Assembly: GCA_036846385.1 (NCBI GenBank)
Contig: DAIUCB010000001.1
Coordinates: forward strand, 1 to 47,969
DNA: 47,969 nt
Source of the DNA: Bacillota bacterium
Lineage (GTDB): Bacteria; Bacillota; Clostridia; Tissierellales; Sedimentibacteraceae
Direction of reading: 5' to 3'
The position numbers were made by a program, and so were the translations under genes. How positions within the stretch are numbered: the stretch's first letter is position 1; every line of letters starts with the position of its first letter. The notes below the pieces were generated by a model, which searched no databases, was not told the DNA's origin, and saw only the letters and a list, made by a program, of their open reading frames with translations. Of this stretch, positions 19,129-28,077 are shown piece by piece.

Positions 19129-20247
19129 ATGAAAAAGATTAAGGTACTGATTATTTTTGGTACTCGTCCCGAGGCTGTAAAAATGGCCCCGATTATTAAA
19201 GCGCTGGAAAAGGATGAAAGCTTTATTTTAAAAACCTGTGTCACAGCACAACACAGAGCAATGTTGGATCAGGTTCTGAGAATATTCGATATTAAACCCG
19301 ATTACGATTTAAATATATTTCAAAACGGACAGACTCTTACTCAAATCACCTGCAGAGCATTAACGGGCTTAGAGGGTGTTATCGAGGAATTTAAGCCGGA
19401 TTTGATACTCGTTCAAGGAGATACCACTACAGTTTTTACAGGAGCGTTGGCGGCATTTTACCACCATATCAAAATTGGTCATGTTGAAGCAGGATTAAGA
19501 AGCGGTAATTTATATTCCCCATATCCGGAGGAGGCTAACAGAATGTTAACCGGTGTATTGACTGATTTCCATTTCGCGCCTACCGATAATTCGAGAGATA
19601 ATTTAATTCGTGAAGGCTATGATGACAATAAAATATTTATAACAGGCAATACATCTATTGATGCTTTACAATGGGTAATAGACAAGAACTACAGGTTTGA
19701 GGATGAAGCTCTTAATAATATTGATTTTGCCAATAAAAAGGTTATATTACTTACTGCTCACAGAAGAGAAAATATAGGTGAGCCAATGGAAAACATATTT
19801 ACCGCAATAAAAGATATAGTTGATGATAATCGAGATGTAGAGGTAATTTACCCGATGCATTTAAATCCCAAGGTCAGAGAAATTGCGGAGAATATACTTG
19901 GAAATACGGAAGGGGTTTATTTGACAGAGCCTTTAGATTACCTTCCCTTTACTAATCTTATGGCAAAATGCTATTTGGTAATTACTGATTCAGGCGGAAT
20001 ACAGGAGGAGGCCCCGTCGCTGGGGAAACCCGTTTTGGTAGTGAGAAAAGAAACCGAGAGACCTGAAGGTATAGAAGCCGGAACAGCTAAGCTTGCAGGA
20101 GTTGACAGAGAAACCATCTATGAATACCTTGATATATTAATTAACAACACAGATGAATACAAAAAAATGGCTAATGCCGTAAACCCTTACGGTGACGGTA
20201 GGGCAGCACAATATATAGCAGAAGCTATAAAGAAAAAGCTGCTTTAG
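19129..20247 (+). CDS. wecB: UDP-N-acetylglucosamine 2-epimerase (non-hydrolysing)
   Basis: FGTRPEAVKMAP, VQGDTTT, HVEAGLRS, TDSGGIQEE, NPYGDG; ATG 19129 follows GGAGG. Confidence 0.95.
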   Translation: MKKIKVLIIFGTRPEAVKMAPIIKALEKDESFILKTCVTAQHRAMLDQVLRIFDIKPDYDLNIFQNGQTLTQITCRALTGLEGVIEEFKPDLILVQGDTTTVFTGALAAFYHHIKIGHVEAGLRSGNLYSPYPEEANRMLTGVLTDFHFAPTDNSRDNLIREGYDDNKIFITGNTSIDALQWVIDKNYRFEDEALNNIDFANKKVILLTAHRRENIGEPMENIFTAIKDIVDDNRDVEVIYPMHLNPKVREIAENILGNTEGVYLTEPLDYLPFTNLMAKCYLVITDSGGIQEEAPSLGKPVLVVRKETERPEGIEAGTAKLAGVDRETIYEYLDILINNTDEYKKMANAVNPYGDGRAAQYIAEAIKKKLL

Positions 20248-20256
20248 GATTAAAAT

Positions 20257-20298
20257 AATAACCTGTCTAAATATAAATTTATATTTAGACAGGTTATT
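20257..20298. terminator. 42-bp perfect palindrome, probable bidirectional terminator
   Basis: AATAACCTGTCTAAATATAAA|TTTATATTTAGACAGGTTATT between convergent genes. Confidence 0.8.
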
Positions 20299-20391
20299 TT
20301 ATCAAAATTAATTTGTATTATGTATTTTTAGTAATAAAAAGATTTAGTAATTATTATTGCAGTATTATGATGTTGATCAAATAGTGTATTC

Positions 20392-21342
20392 TTATATATT
20401 GCAGCTGCTGCAGTTGCTGCAATCCATCACTTTCCTTTTTTTATCATCATACATTGCTCTGTCAGCTTTCGCAATTAATTTATCTATTGTGTCTCCGTCA
20501 TAAGGAAAGAAGCCGATTCCGATACTTAATGATATATTGATGTCAATATCGTTAAACTTAACGGTTTTATTTTTATCTGCAATCCTTGAAACAATAACAT
20601 CATTATTATCGAGAGTTTTAATATAAGGTAATAAAATTAAAAATTCATCTCCTCCGTGTCTGGCTACAATATCATTCTTTCTAGTGGTTTCCTTAAGTAT
20701 TTCAGCTACCTTAACGAGTACCAAATCGCCGGTCTCATGACCATACGTATCATTGATGGTTTTCAAATTATCAACATCAATAAACATTACACCAAGCATA
20801 TGATTATTTCTTTTTGCATTGATCAGAAACTTTTCGGCAAGCTCGAAAAATAATGTTCTGTTTGCAACCTTAGTCAGGTTATCATAATATGCCAGGTTTT
20901 TTATTATTTTTTCTTTTTGTTTTAATTTTTTGTTTACTTTGCATAGCTCATGAACATATTCCTTTAATGCGTTAATCTGGATAAATTGATTTGTCACATC
21001 AATAAATTCCAAAAGTAAATATTTTGATTCATTTTCTATGAATCTGCTTATTTTTAAATTTAAATTATATTTACTGTTAATTAAACCTTGATGCATTGCA
21101 GCTGAAAAAAATATCTTGCTGTCATTATCAATTACATTCTTTATAGCGTTACTGAAGTAATTCACATTTATCTTGGGCAGTATATCGTAGATATTATTGT
21201 TCAAAACCTCTTCTTTAGGAAATCCGGTTATCCTTTCCATATAGTTGTTAAAAAGAGATATTTCCAAATTTTCATTTAATATTATTATTCCTTCACTGAC
21301 ATCATTCAGTACATCATATAAAATTTTATTCATAAAGTTCAT
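20392..21342 (-). CDS. PAS-domain diguanylate cyclase
   Basis: N-terminal PAS; AYYDNLT, DVDNLKTINDTYGHETGD, RKND I-site, intact GGDEF, ADRAMY. Confidence 0.93.
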   Translation of the reverse strand: MNFMNKILYDVLNDVSEGIIILNENLEISLFNNYMERITGFPKEEVLNNNIYDILPKINVNYFSNAIKNVIDNDSKIFFSAAMHQGLINSKYNLNLKISRFIENESKYLLLEFIDVTNQFIQINALKEYVHELCKVNKKLKQKEKIIKNLAYYDNLTKVANRTLFFELAEKFLINAKRNNHMLGVMFIDVDNLKTINDTYGHETGDLVLVKVAEILKETTRKNDIVARHGGDEFLILLPYIKTLDNNDVIVSRIADKNKTVKFNDIDINISLSIGIGFFPYDGDTIDKLIAKADRAMYDDKKRKVMDCSNCSSCNI

Positions 21343-21961
21343 CCTCTAGTTTATCTATCTTTTTAATCAACTCATTTAATGAATTTAATGTTAAATTAAC
21401 AATTATTGCGCCCTGTACCTCGGTATCGTCTATTATGAATGTAATATACAGTAATAATAAATGACTGTATTCTGTATTATCTATATCTTTACTGAATTTT
21501 TTTCTGTCAAATAGTTTTACCTCCGGCAATGTGTAGTTTAAGTTGATATCTAAATAGTTTCCTACCTCACCCATAATGGAATTTAATATAATATTGCCGA
21601 TTTCCTTTATAATATCAAAATCAACATTTGTAAAGTTCAGTTCATAATATTCGTCCATTTCTTTTTTGTTAAGACATAGGTTAATAAAGGTTCTCATTTT
21701 TTCGGCAGAAAATATTAAATTAGCTTTTCCGGTCAATTTTTCCTCAAAAGAAATAGAAGATACCATTAAAGCTCCGTCAATTTCCTTTGGAATATAATCA
21801 TCTATTTTAAAATCCTTGTTATAGACATTTAATAGCTCTATATCAGGAATATTTAATATAATTTTTCTGTTTACAATTTCCGATAGCATTGCAGCAGCTT
21901 TTCCTACGCTGATATTAAACAATTCCTTTAAAATATCATATCTAAGATTTCTATCATCCAT
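21326..21961 (-). CDS. CheC-family phosphatase
   Basis: Duplicated D.LKELFNI / DIIKEIGNI (E-x-x-N) motifs. Confidence 0.85.
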   Translation of the reverse strand: MDDRNLRYDILKELFNISVGKAAAMLSEIVNRKIILNIPDIELLNVYNKDFKIDDYIPKEIDGALMVSSISFEEKLTGKANLIFSAEKMRTFINLCLNKKEMDEYYELNFTNVDFDIIKEIGNIILNSIMGEVGNYLDINLNYTLPEVKLFDRKKFSKDIDNTEYSHLLLLYITFIIDDTEVQGAIIVNLTLNSLNELIKKIDKLEDELYE

Positions 21962-22328
21962 TTTGTCCGCTCCTTATCATCTCACAAATTAATTGGGCTT
22001 TTATATCATTAAGAGGCTTATTTACAAAAGACATTATATTATATGAATCAATTTCTTCTCTTACACTTTTTTGCACATCAGCTGTAACTACGATTATTTT
22101 TGCATTATTATCATATTGTTTAATTAATTCTATTAGCTCCTTGCCGTTTAATTTAGGCATTAATAAATCCAGTATTATATAATCAGGATTGATTTCCTTA
22201 TATTTCTCAAATCCCTCAAGTCCGTCATCAGCGTAAAAAAACTCAACGTCATTTAAATACTTATTTATGAAATTTGCATTTATTTTTTGTGAAAAGATTG
22301 AATCATCAACTATTAAAACCTTAACCAT
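21954..22328 (-). CDS. Single-domain response regulator (CheY-like)
   Basis: VLIVDDS, LDLLMPKLNG, T-A-D, KP; 124 aa. Confidence 0.92.
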   Translation of the reverse strand: MVKVLIVDDSIFSQKINANFINKYLNDVEFFYADDGLEGFEKYKEINPDYIILDLLMPKLNGKELIELIKQYDNNAKIIVVTADVQKSVREEIDSYNIMSFVNKPLNDIKAQLICEMIRSGQNG

Positions 22329-22353
22329 AATAAAATTATACCTCCGGTATTTT

Positions 22354-22389
22354 AAAAAAATAAAACCAGCAATTTTGTTGATTGCCGGT
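22354..22389 (-). terminator. Expression-platform terminator of the c-di-GMP-II riboswitch
   Basis: Minus strand ACCGGCAAT-CAACAAA-ATTGCTGGT-TTTATTTTTTT. Confidence 0.82.
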
Positions 22390-22458
22390 CGGTTGCACTA
22401 CTGGCTCAATATTCTCAAAGTGCCCAGATAAAGGGAATATCTCATTGCCTCCATTTTC
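22383..22458 (-). ncRNA. Cyclic di-GMP-II riboswitch
   Basis: Minus strand GGAGGCAATGAG-ATATTC...TCTGGGCACTTT..GAATAT-TGAGCCAGTAGTGCAACCGACC fits the class II pattern (k-turn TGA/TGA, GCAC/GTGC pseudoknot, AACCGAC end). Confidence 0.88.
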
Positions 22459-22487
22459 ATTTTATATCTTAATTTCCGCATATTGGT

Positions 22488-22516
22488 ATATTAATACAAA
22501 ACACCCATAAAGTCAA
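22488..22516 (-). promoter_or_regulatory. SigmaA promoter upstream of the c-di-GMP-II riboswitch
   Basis: Minus strand TTGACT-17bp-TAATAT. Confidence 0.6.
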
Positions 22517-22631
22517 CATATAAATAACAAAAAAATGCATATATTCTCAAAATATGACATAAAGTACCATGACTTGTTTTAAAAAAGGTTCTTGCTTAGT
22601 ATATAACATATTATTAATCAAAAAAATATTA

Positions 22632-22690
22632 TTGACAAAATAATTTTTCTGTACTATACTTTGAATATCGAAATATTTGACATTAAATAT
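22632..22690 (+). promoter_or_regulatory. SigmaA promoter of the acpP-fab operon with overlapping FabT-like operator(s)
   Basis: TTGACA-17-TATACT, then TTTGAATATCGAA and ATATTTGACATTAAATAT palindromes. Confidence 0.65.
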
Positions 22691-22747
22691 AAATGCAAAT
22701 CAAATGAATTGAAATTCAAAATATAAATTAATTTATCGGAGGAAATT

Positions 22748-22978
22748 ATGGTTTTTGAAAAAATAGTTGAAATATTAGAGGAAGAATTAGATGTTGAAAA
22801 GGAAGATATAAAGCTTGACAGTAAATTAAAAGAAGATTTAGGTGCAGATTCCCTTGATTTATTTGAATTAATAAGCAAATTAGAGGAAGCATGTGAAGTG
22901 ACAATTGATGAAGAAGATTATTCTAAGCTTGTTACCGTTCAAAATATAATTGATTACATTGAAAACAAGAAAAACTAA
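22748..22978 (+). CDS. acpP: Acyl carrier protein
   Basis: DLGADSLD phosphopantetheine site; acidic 76 aa. Confidence 0.96.
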   Translation: MVFEKIVEILEEELDVEKEDIKLDSKLKEDLGADSLDLFELISKLEEACEVTIDEEDYSKLVTVQNIIDYIENKKN

Positions 22979-23050
22979 GGAATAAATTCATTCAGTTAAT
23001 ATATCTACATATACGCCCAAGGAATAAATGTTAATAGTATTGAATGAATT

Positions 23051-23090
23051 AAAAAACGAGACGTATATAATTTATACTTCTCGTTTTTTT
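23051..23090 (+). terminator. Intrinsic terminator between acpP and fabK
   Basis: AAAAAACGAGA...TCTCGTTTTTTT stem with U-tract. Confidence 0.75.
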
Positions 23091-23125
23091 GAAATAAATT
23101 AATAATAGAAGATTAAGGAGAACCT

Positions 23126-24082
23126 ATGATAAAAACAAAAATTTGCAGCTTGTTAAATATTAAGTACCCTATATTTCAAGGCGGAATGGCGCAAATTTCA
23201 GATGCAAATCTTGCAGCAGCAGTATCAGAGGCCGGTGGATTAGGAATTATAGCAGCAGGAAACAATACTCCCGAAGAATTGAAAAAGGAAATTGATAAAA
23301 TAAAATTATTAACTGATAAACCATTTGGCGTTAATGTTATGCTTTTAAATGTTTATGCCAAGGAGGTAAGCTATTTGCTAGCCGAGGAAAAAGTGCCTGT
23401 AATAATTACAGGTGCAGGTAACCCCAGTGCTTATATGAAGCTGTGGAAAGATGCCGGCATTAAAGTAATACCGGTAGTACCGTCTGTTGCATATGCAAAG
23501 CATTTAGAGAAAATAGGAGCTGATGCATTAATATGTGAAGGAACAGAATCGGGAGGTCATGTCGGTGAAACGACTACAATGTGTTTAACTCCACAGGTTG
23601 TTGATGCAGTAAATATTCCCGTTATCGCTGCAGGCGGTATTGCAGACGGCAGAGGAATTGCCGCAGCCCTGTCTTTGGGAGCACAGGGTGTTCAGGTCGG
23701 AACCAGATTTCTAGTAGCAAAAGAATGCAATGTACATCAAAATTATAAAAAGAGGGTTTTAAAAGCCAATGATACAGATACTGCAGTTACAGGCAGAAAA
23801 ACAGGTCACCCTGTGAGAGTATTAAAAAACAAATTGGTAAATCAATTTAAAGAACTGGATAAAAATAATGCAGCTGTTGAAGAATATGAAAATCTCGGTC
23901 GCAGGAGATTATATTTAGCGGCAGTTGAAGGAGATGTTGACTATGGCTCTGTTATGTCTGGTCAAATAGCAGGTCTGGTGAACAAAGAGCAAAGCTGCTA
24001 TGAAATTATAACAGAAATGTTTGATGAGGCAGAAAAAATTATTAAAAACATAAATTCTATCGTAGGAGGATATTATGGGTAA
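23126..24082 (+). CDS. fabK: Enoyl-ACP reductase II
   Basis: PIFQGGMA, EGTESGGHVG, AAGGIADGRG, VQVGTRF, MSGQIAGL; fab context. Confidence 0.93.
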   Translation: MIKTKICSLLNIKYPIFQGGMAQISDANLAAAVSEAGGLGIIAAGNNTPEELKKEIDKIKLLTDKPFGVNVMLLNVYAKEVSYLLAEEKVPVIITGAGNPSAYMKLWKDAGIKVIPVVPSVAYAKHLEKIGADALICEGTESGGHVGETTTMCLTPQVVDAVNIPVIAAGGIADGRGIAAALSLGAQGVQVGTRFLVAKECNVHQNYKKRVLKANDTDTAVTGRKTGHPVRVLKNKLVNQFKELDKNNAAVEEYENLGRRRLYLAAVEGDVDYGSVMSGQIAGLVNKEQSCYEIITEMFDEAEKIIKNINSIVGGYYG

Positions 24083-25022
24083 AACAGCTATTGTATTCCC
24101 GGGTCAAGGCGCACAGTATGCAGGAATGGGAAAAGACTTTTATGATAATTTTAAAGAAAGTAAAGAAGTATTTGATAAGGCAAATAAAGCATTGGGATTT
24201 GATATAGCTAAATTATGCTTTGAAGGAGCCAATGAGGAATTAAGTGTTACAAAGGTTACACAACCTGCAATTTTAACAGTATGTATGGCAATATTTGAGA
24301 TAATTAAAAAGAAAATTCATCGTAATTCAGATTCTATAGTAATGGGTGGATTGAGTCTGGGTGAATATTCAGCTTTAACAGCCTCCGGAGCTGTTGATTT
24401 TGAAACTGCGGTTAAGCTTGTTTATAACAGAGGAAATTATATGCAAAATGCCGTTCCTGTGGGGGAAGGCGGAATGGCGGCACTGATAGGCTGCTCTGAC
24501 GAGGATGCGATTAAATTCTGTGAACATGTGACAAATAACTGTGATTTGCTTGAGCCTGCAAATTTTAATTGTCCCGGTCAAATTGCAGTGGGCGGTAAAA
24601 GCTCGGCAATAGAATATGCTTTGAAGGAATCCTCGGATTTTAATATCAAGAAGGCAGTTAAGCTGCAGGTCAGCGCACCTTTTCATACTTCTATGCTAAA
24701 GCCTGCGGGAATAAAGCTTAAGGAAGACCTTATGAAAATAAAGTTTAAAACTCCATCCTGTGAGGTTATTTCAAATGTGGATGCAAGCTATTACGGAAAC
24801 GGAAACGAAATAGCTAACAAGCTGGAAAAGCAAGTATATAACCCTGTTAAGTGGGAAGCTTGTGTAAGAAAGATGATAGCTGACGGTGTAGATACCTTTA
24901 TTGAAGTAGGTCCGGGAAAATCTTTATGTGGATTTATAAAGAAGATAGATAAATCGGTTAATTTTATAAATATAGAGGATATTGACACATTAGAGAAATA
25001 TTTGAGTATGCAATACTCGTAG
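24075..25022 (+). CDS. fabD: Malonyl-CoA:ACP transacylase
   Basis: FPGQGAQ, TQPA, GLSLGEY, SAPFH, EVGPG. Confidence 0.95.
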   Translation: MGKTAIVFPGQGAQYAGMGKDFYDNFKESKEVFDKANKALGFDIAKLCFEGANEELSVTKVTQPAILTVCMAIFEIIKKKIHRNSDSIVMGGLSLGEYSALTASGAVDFETAVKLVYNRGNYMQNAVPVGEGGMAALIGCSDEDAIKFCEHVTNNCDLLEPANFNCPGQIAVGGKSSAIEYALKESSDFNIKKAVKLQVSAPFHTSMLKPAGIKLKEDLMKIKFKTPSCEVISNVDASYYGNGNEIANKLEKQVYNPVKWEACVRKMIADGVDTFIEVGPGKSLCGFIKKIDKSVNFINIEDIDTLEKYLSMQYS

Positions 25023-25034
25023 AAAGGATTTATT

Positions 25035-25766
25035 ATGAAAACAGCAATAGTAACCGGAGCCTCAAAGGGTATAGGAGCAGTAATTGCTAAAAGACTAAAC
25101 GAGCTGGGATATAATCTAGTATTAAACTACAAAAACTCAACTGCTGCAATGGATGAGCTTTTAAATAGCTTCTCAAACAAGGAAACGAAGAATATCATTG
25201 TACAATGTGACATATCAAGCTTTGAGGATGCAAAAAAACTTATAGAGGCTGCTTATGATAATTTTAGTACAGTTGATGTATTAATAAATAACGCAGGTGT
25301 AACTAGAGATAATCTTCTTGCAATGATGACAGAGGATGAATTTGATATCGTTATTGATACAAATTTAAAGGGCTCTTTTAATTGCTGCAAGCATATAGCT
25401 AAGAAAATGATGAAACAAAAGTACGGAAGAATTTTAAATATATCTTCTGTTGTCGGGCTCATGGGAAATGCAGGTCAAGTCAATTATGCTGCTTCAAAGG
25501 CAGGCTTAATAGGAATGACTAAATCAATGGCACGAGAGCTGGCAAAGAAAAACATATTGGTAAATGCCATAGCTCCGGGATTTATTCAGACAGAAATGAC
25601 TGATAAGATTCCTCAGGAAATAAAAGAAGAAATGATGAAAAATATCCCTTTACAAAGATTAGGTAGTCCAAGTGACATAGCTGATGCAGTCGAATTTTTA
25701 ATTTCTGACAAATCATCATACATAACCGGTCAGGTTTTATCTGTTAACGGCGGATTTTATATGTAA
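25035..25766 (+). CDS. fabG: 3-oxoacyl-ACP reductase
   Basis: TGASKGIG, NNAGVTRD, NYAASK, APGFI.T.MT. Confidence 0.95.
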   Translation: MKTAIVTGASKGIGAVIAKRLNELGYNLVLNYKNSTAAMDELLNSFSNKETKNIIVQCDISSFEDAKKLIEAAYDNFSTVDVLINNAGVTRDNLLAMMTEDEFDIVIDTNLKGSFNCCKHIAKKMMKQKYGRILNISSVVGLMGNAGQVNYAASKAGLIGMTKSMARELAKKNILVNAIAPGFIQTEMTDKIPQEIKEEMMKNIPLQRLGSPSDIADAVEFLISDKSSYITGQVLSVNGGFYM

Positions 25767-25814
25767 TAACAATACAAAAACAGTTTGAAAAATCAACTGG
25801 CAATTGGAGGCAAA

Positions 25815-27056
25815 ATGAAAAGAAGAGTAGTAATAACCGGAATGGGTGTTGTCAGCCCTATAGGGACAGGAGTAAATACTTTTTGGGAAAATGTTAAGCA
25901 GGGCAAATGCGGCATAGGATTGATAGAAAATTTTGATACAACTGATTATACCGTTAAATTGGCAGCAGAAATAAAGGATTTTGATGCTAAGGACTATATG
26001 GATAAGAAGGAAGCTAAAAGGCAGGACAGATATTGTCAATTTGCAGTTGCAGCTTCTGAATTGGCTGTTAAGGATTCGGGACTTGATGTCGACAAAATAA
26101 ATAATCAGAGATTTGGAGTTATTATAGGAAGTGCGGTCGGAGGAATACAAACAATTGAAACTGAGCTTGAAAAGCTGCGCTCTAAAGGACCGGATAAGGT
26201 ATCAACCTTTTTTATTCCGATGATGCTTCCGAATATTGCTTCCGGAATAGTAGCGATAAAACAAAAAGCAAAGGGTGTAAACTTCAGCACAGTAACCGCT
26301 TGTGCTTCGGGAGCAAATGCAATAGGAGAATCATTAAGGAAGATACAGGACGGCACATGTGATATAATGCTGGCAGGCGGAGCGGAGGCAGCTATTACAC
26401 CGGGCTCTATAGCAGGATTTGCAGCATTAACGGCACTTTCAGTATCTACCGATATAAAAAGGGCATCAATTCCTTTTGATAAGGAAAGAGACGGCTTTGT
26501 AATGGGTGAAGGTGCAGGAATTTTAGTTTTAGAAGAATATGAGCATGCAATCAACAGAGGTGCTAAAATATACGCAGAGGTTGCCGGATATGGAACTACC
26601 TGCGATGCATACCATATTACGTCACCTGATCCGGAAGCAGAGGGATCTTCAAAATCAATGCTTAATGCAATAGAGGATGCAGGTATTACTCCTGAGCAAA
26701 TAGGATATATAAATGCACACGGTACCAGCACATTGTACAATGATAAATTAGAAACTTTGGCAATAAAGAAGGTTTTTAAAGAAAATGCTGTTAATATACC
26801 GGTAAGCTCAACTAAATCTATGACTGCTCATATGCTTGGTGCGGCAGGTGCAGTTGAGGCTATTATTTGTGCTAAATCACTTCAGGATTCATTTATACCT
26901 GCTACAATAAATTATTCTGTGCCTGATTCTGAATGTGATTTAGATTATGTGCCGAATATAGGCAGATATAAAGAGTATGAATATGCAATTTCTACATCCT
27001 TAGGCTTTGGCGGTCATAATGCATCTTTAATCATAAAAAAATACAACAGCAATTAA
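25815..27056 (+). CDS. fabF: Beta-ketoacyl-ACP synthase II
   Basis: RRVVITGMG, TACAS, NAHGTST, KSMTAH, GFGG; ATG 25815 follows GGAGG. Confidence 0.95.
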   Translation: MKRRVVITGMGVVSPIGTGVNTFWENVKQGKCGIGLIENFDTTDYTVKLAAEIKDFDAKDYMDKKEAKRQDRYCQFAVAASELAVKDSGLDVDKINNQRFGVIIGSAVGGIQTIETELEKLRSKGPDKVSTFFIPMMLPNIASGIVAIKQKAKGVNFSTVTACASGANAIGESLRKIQDGTCDIMLAGGAEAAITPGSIAGFAALTALSVSTDIKRASIPFDKERDGFVMGEGAGILVLEEYEHAINRGAKIYAEVAGYGTTCDAYHITSPDPEAEGSSKSMLNAIEDAGITPEQIGYINAHGTSTLYNDKLETLAIKKVFKENAVNIPVSSTKSMTAHMLGAAGAVEAIICAKSLQDSFIPATINYSVPDSECDLDYVPNIGRYKEYEYAISTSLGFGGHNASLIIKKYNSN

Positions 27057-27080
27057 AGCTAAAGAGCTTAAGGAGATATT

Positions 27081-27506
27081 ATGGCTTTTGATATTAATGA
27101 AATACAAAAAATATTGCCTCACAGATACCCCATGCTTCTTGTTGATAAAATAACGGAGCTGGAAGAAGGCGTAAAAGCAGTAGGAATAAAAAACGTGACA
27201 ATGAATGAGCAGTATTTTCAGGGACATTTTCCCGGAAATCCTGTGATGCCCGGAGTACTTATTATTGAAGCCTTAGCACAAACCGGAGCTGTAGCTATTT
27301 TGTCGCTTGAGAAATTCAGAAATAAAACAGTGTATTTCGGCGGCATAAAGGAAGCAAAATTTAAGAAAAAGGTTGTACCCGGTGATACATTACGTCTTGA
27401 AACCGAAATAATAAAGATGAAGGGAAAATTCGGTGTCGGAAAAGCAATTGCCTATGTAAATGATGAAATAGCAGCTGAAGCCGAACTGATATTTTGTGCG
27501 GAGTAA
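27081..27506 (+). CDS. fabZ: 3-hydroxyacyl-ACP dehydratase
   Basis: [24 protein letters not shown]. Confidence 0.96.
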   Translation: MAFDINEIQKILPHRYPMLLVDKITELEEGVKAVGIKNVTMNEQYFQGHFPGNPVMPGVLIIEALAQTGAVAILSLEKFRNKTVYFGGIKEAKFKKKVVPGDTLRLETEIIKMKGKFGVGKAIAYVNDEIAAEAELIFCAE

Positions 27507-27509
27507 TTT

Positions 27510-27557
27510 AAAAAAAACTTTTGTTATATTTATTTTTATATAATAAAAGTTTTTTTT
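27510..27557 (+). terminator. AT-rich terminator after fabZ
   Basis: AAAACTTTTGTTATA...TATAATAAAAGTTTTTTTT. Confidence 0.55.
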
Positions 27558-27669
27558 ATAAATTTTTAAATTTATTTTTTAATTGTTAAAAATTTAATAA
27601 AGTATTATAATTCAAAGATGCAAACGTTACTTTTTTATTCATTTAATAAGTTGAATATTTTAATTGCTA

Positions 27670-27698
27670 TTGACAAATAATATATTATATTTTAAGAT
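27670..27698 (+). promoter_or_regulatory. SigmaA promoter of the V-ATPase operon
   Basis: TTGACA-17bp-TAAGAT. Confidence 0.6.
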
Positions 27699-27735
27699 GA
27701 ACTATAATATGGTAAGTTTATAATAATATTCTTGT

Positions 27736-28077
27736 ATGGGTGGTGATATAGTGTCTATAGATGTTATAAAGGTAATAAGAGAGGCAGAGGATAAAGCTGA
27801 AACAATTAAAAAGGAAGCTTCTTTAAAAGCTAAACAAATTATTGCAAATGCAAATTCTGAAGCTTCGGGTATTCTGGAGGATGCCGGAAAAACAGCTGAA
27901 TTAAATAGATTAAATCTCTTAAATAATGCTGAAGCAGAAGGGCAAAGTCTTTATGAGAACATTATTAATGAGGCTAAAATCAAATGTGATAACGTTTTAA
28001 AGCAGGCTGATAAAAACATGGATGATGCATCATCAATTATTCTGGAAAGGATAGTGAAGACGAGTGGCAATAGTTAA
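27736..28077 (+). CDS. V/A-type ATPase peripheral stalk subunit G/H
   Basis: Coiled-coil I.EAE.KAE..KEA pattern; first gene of the operon; alternative GTG start at 27751. Confidence 0.8.
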   Translation: MGGDIVSIDVIKVIREAEDKAETIKKEASLKAKQIIANANSEASGILEDAGKTAELNRLNLLNNAEAEGQSLYENIINEAKIKCDNVLKQADKNMDDASSIILERIVKTSGNS

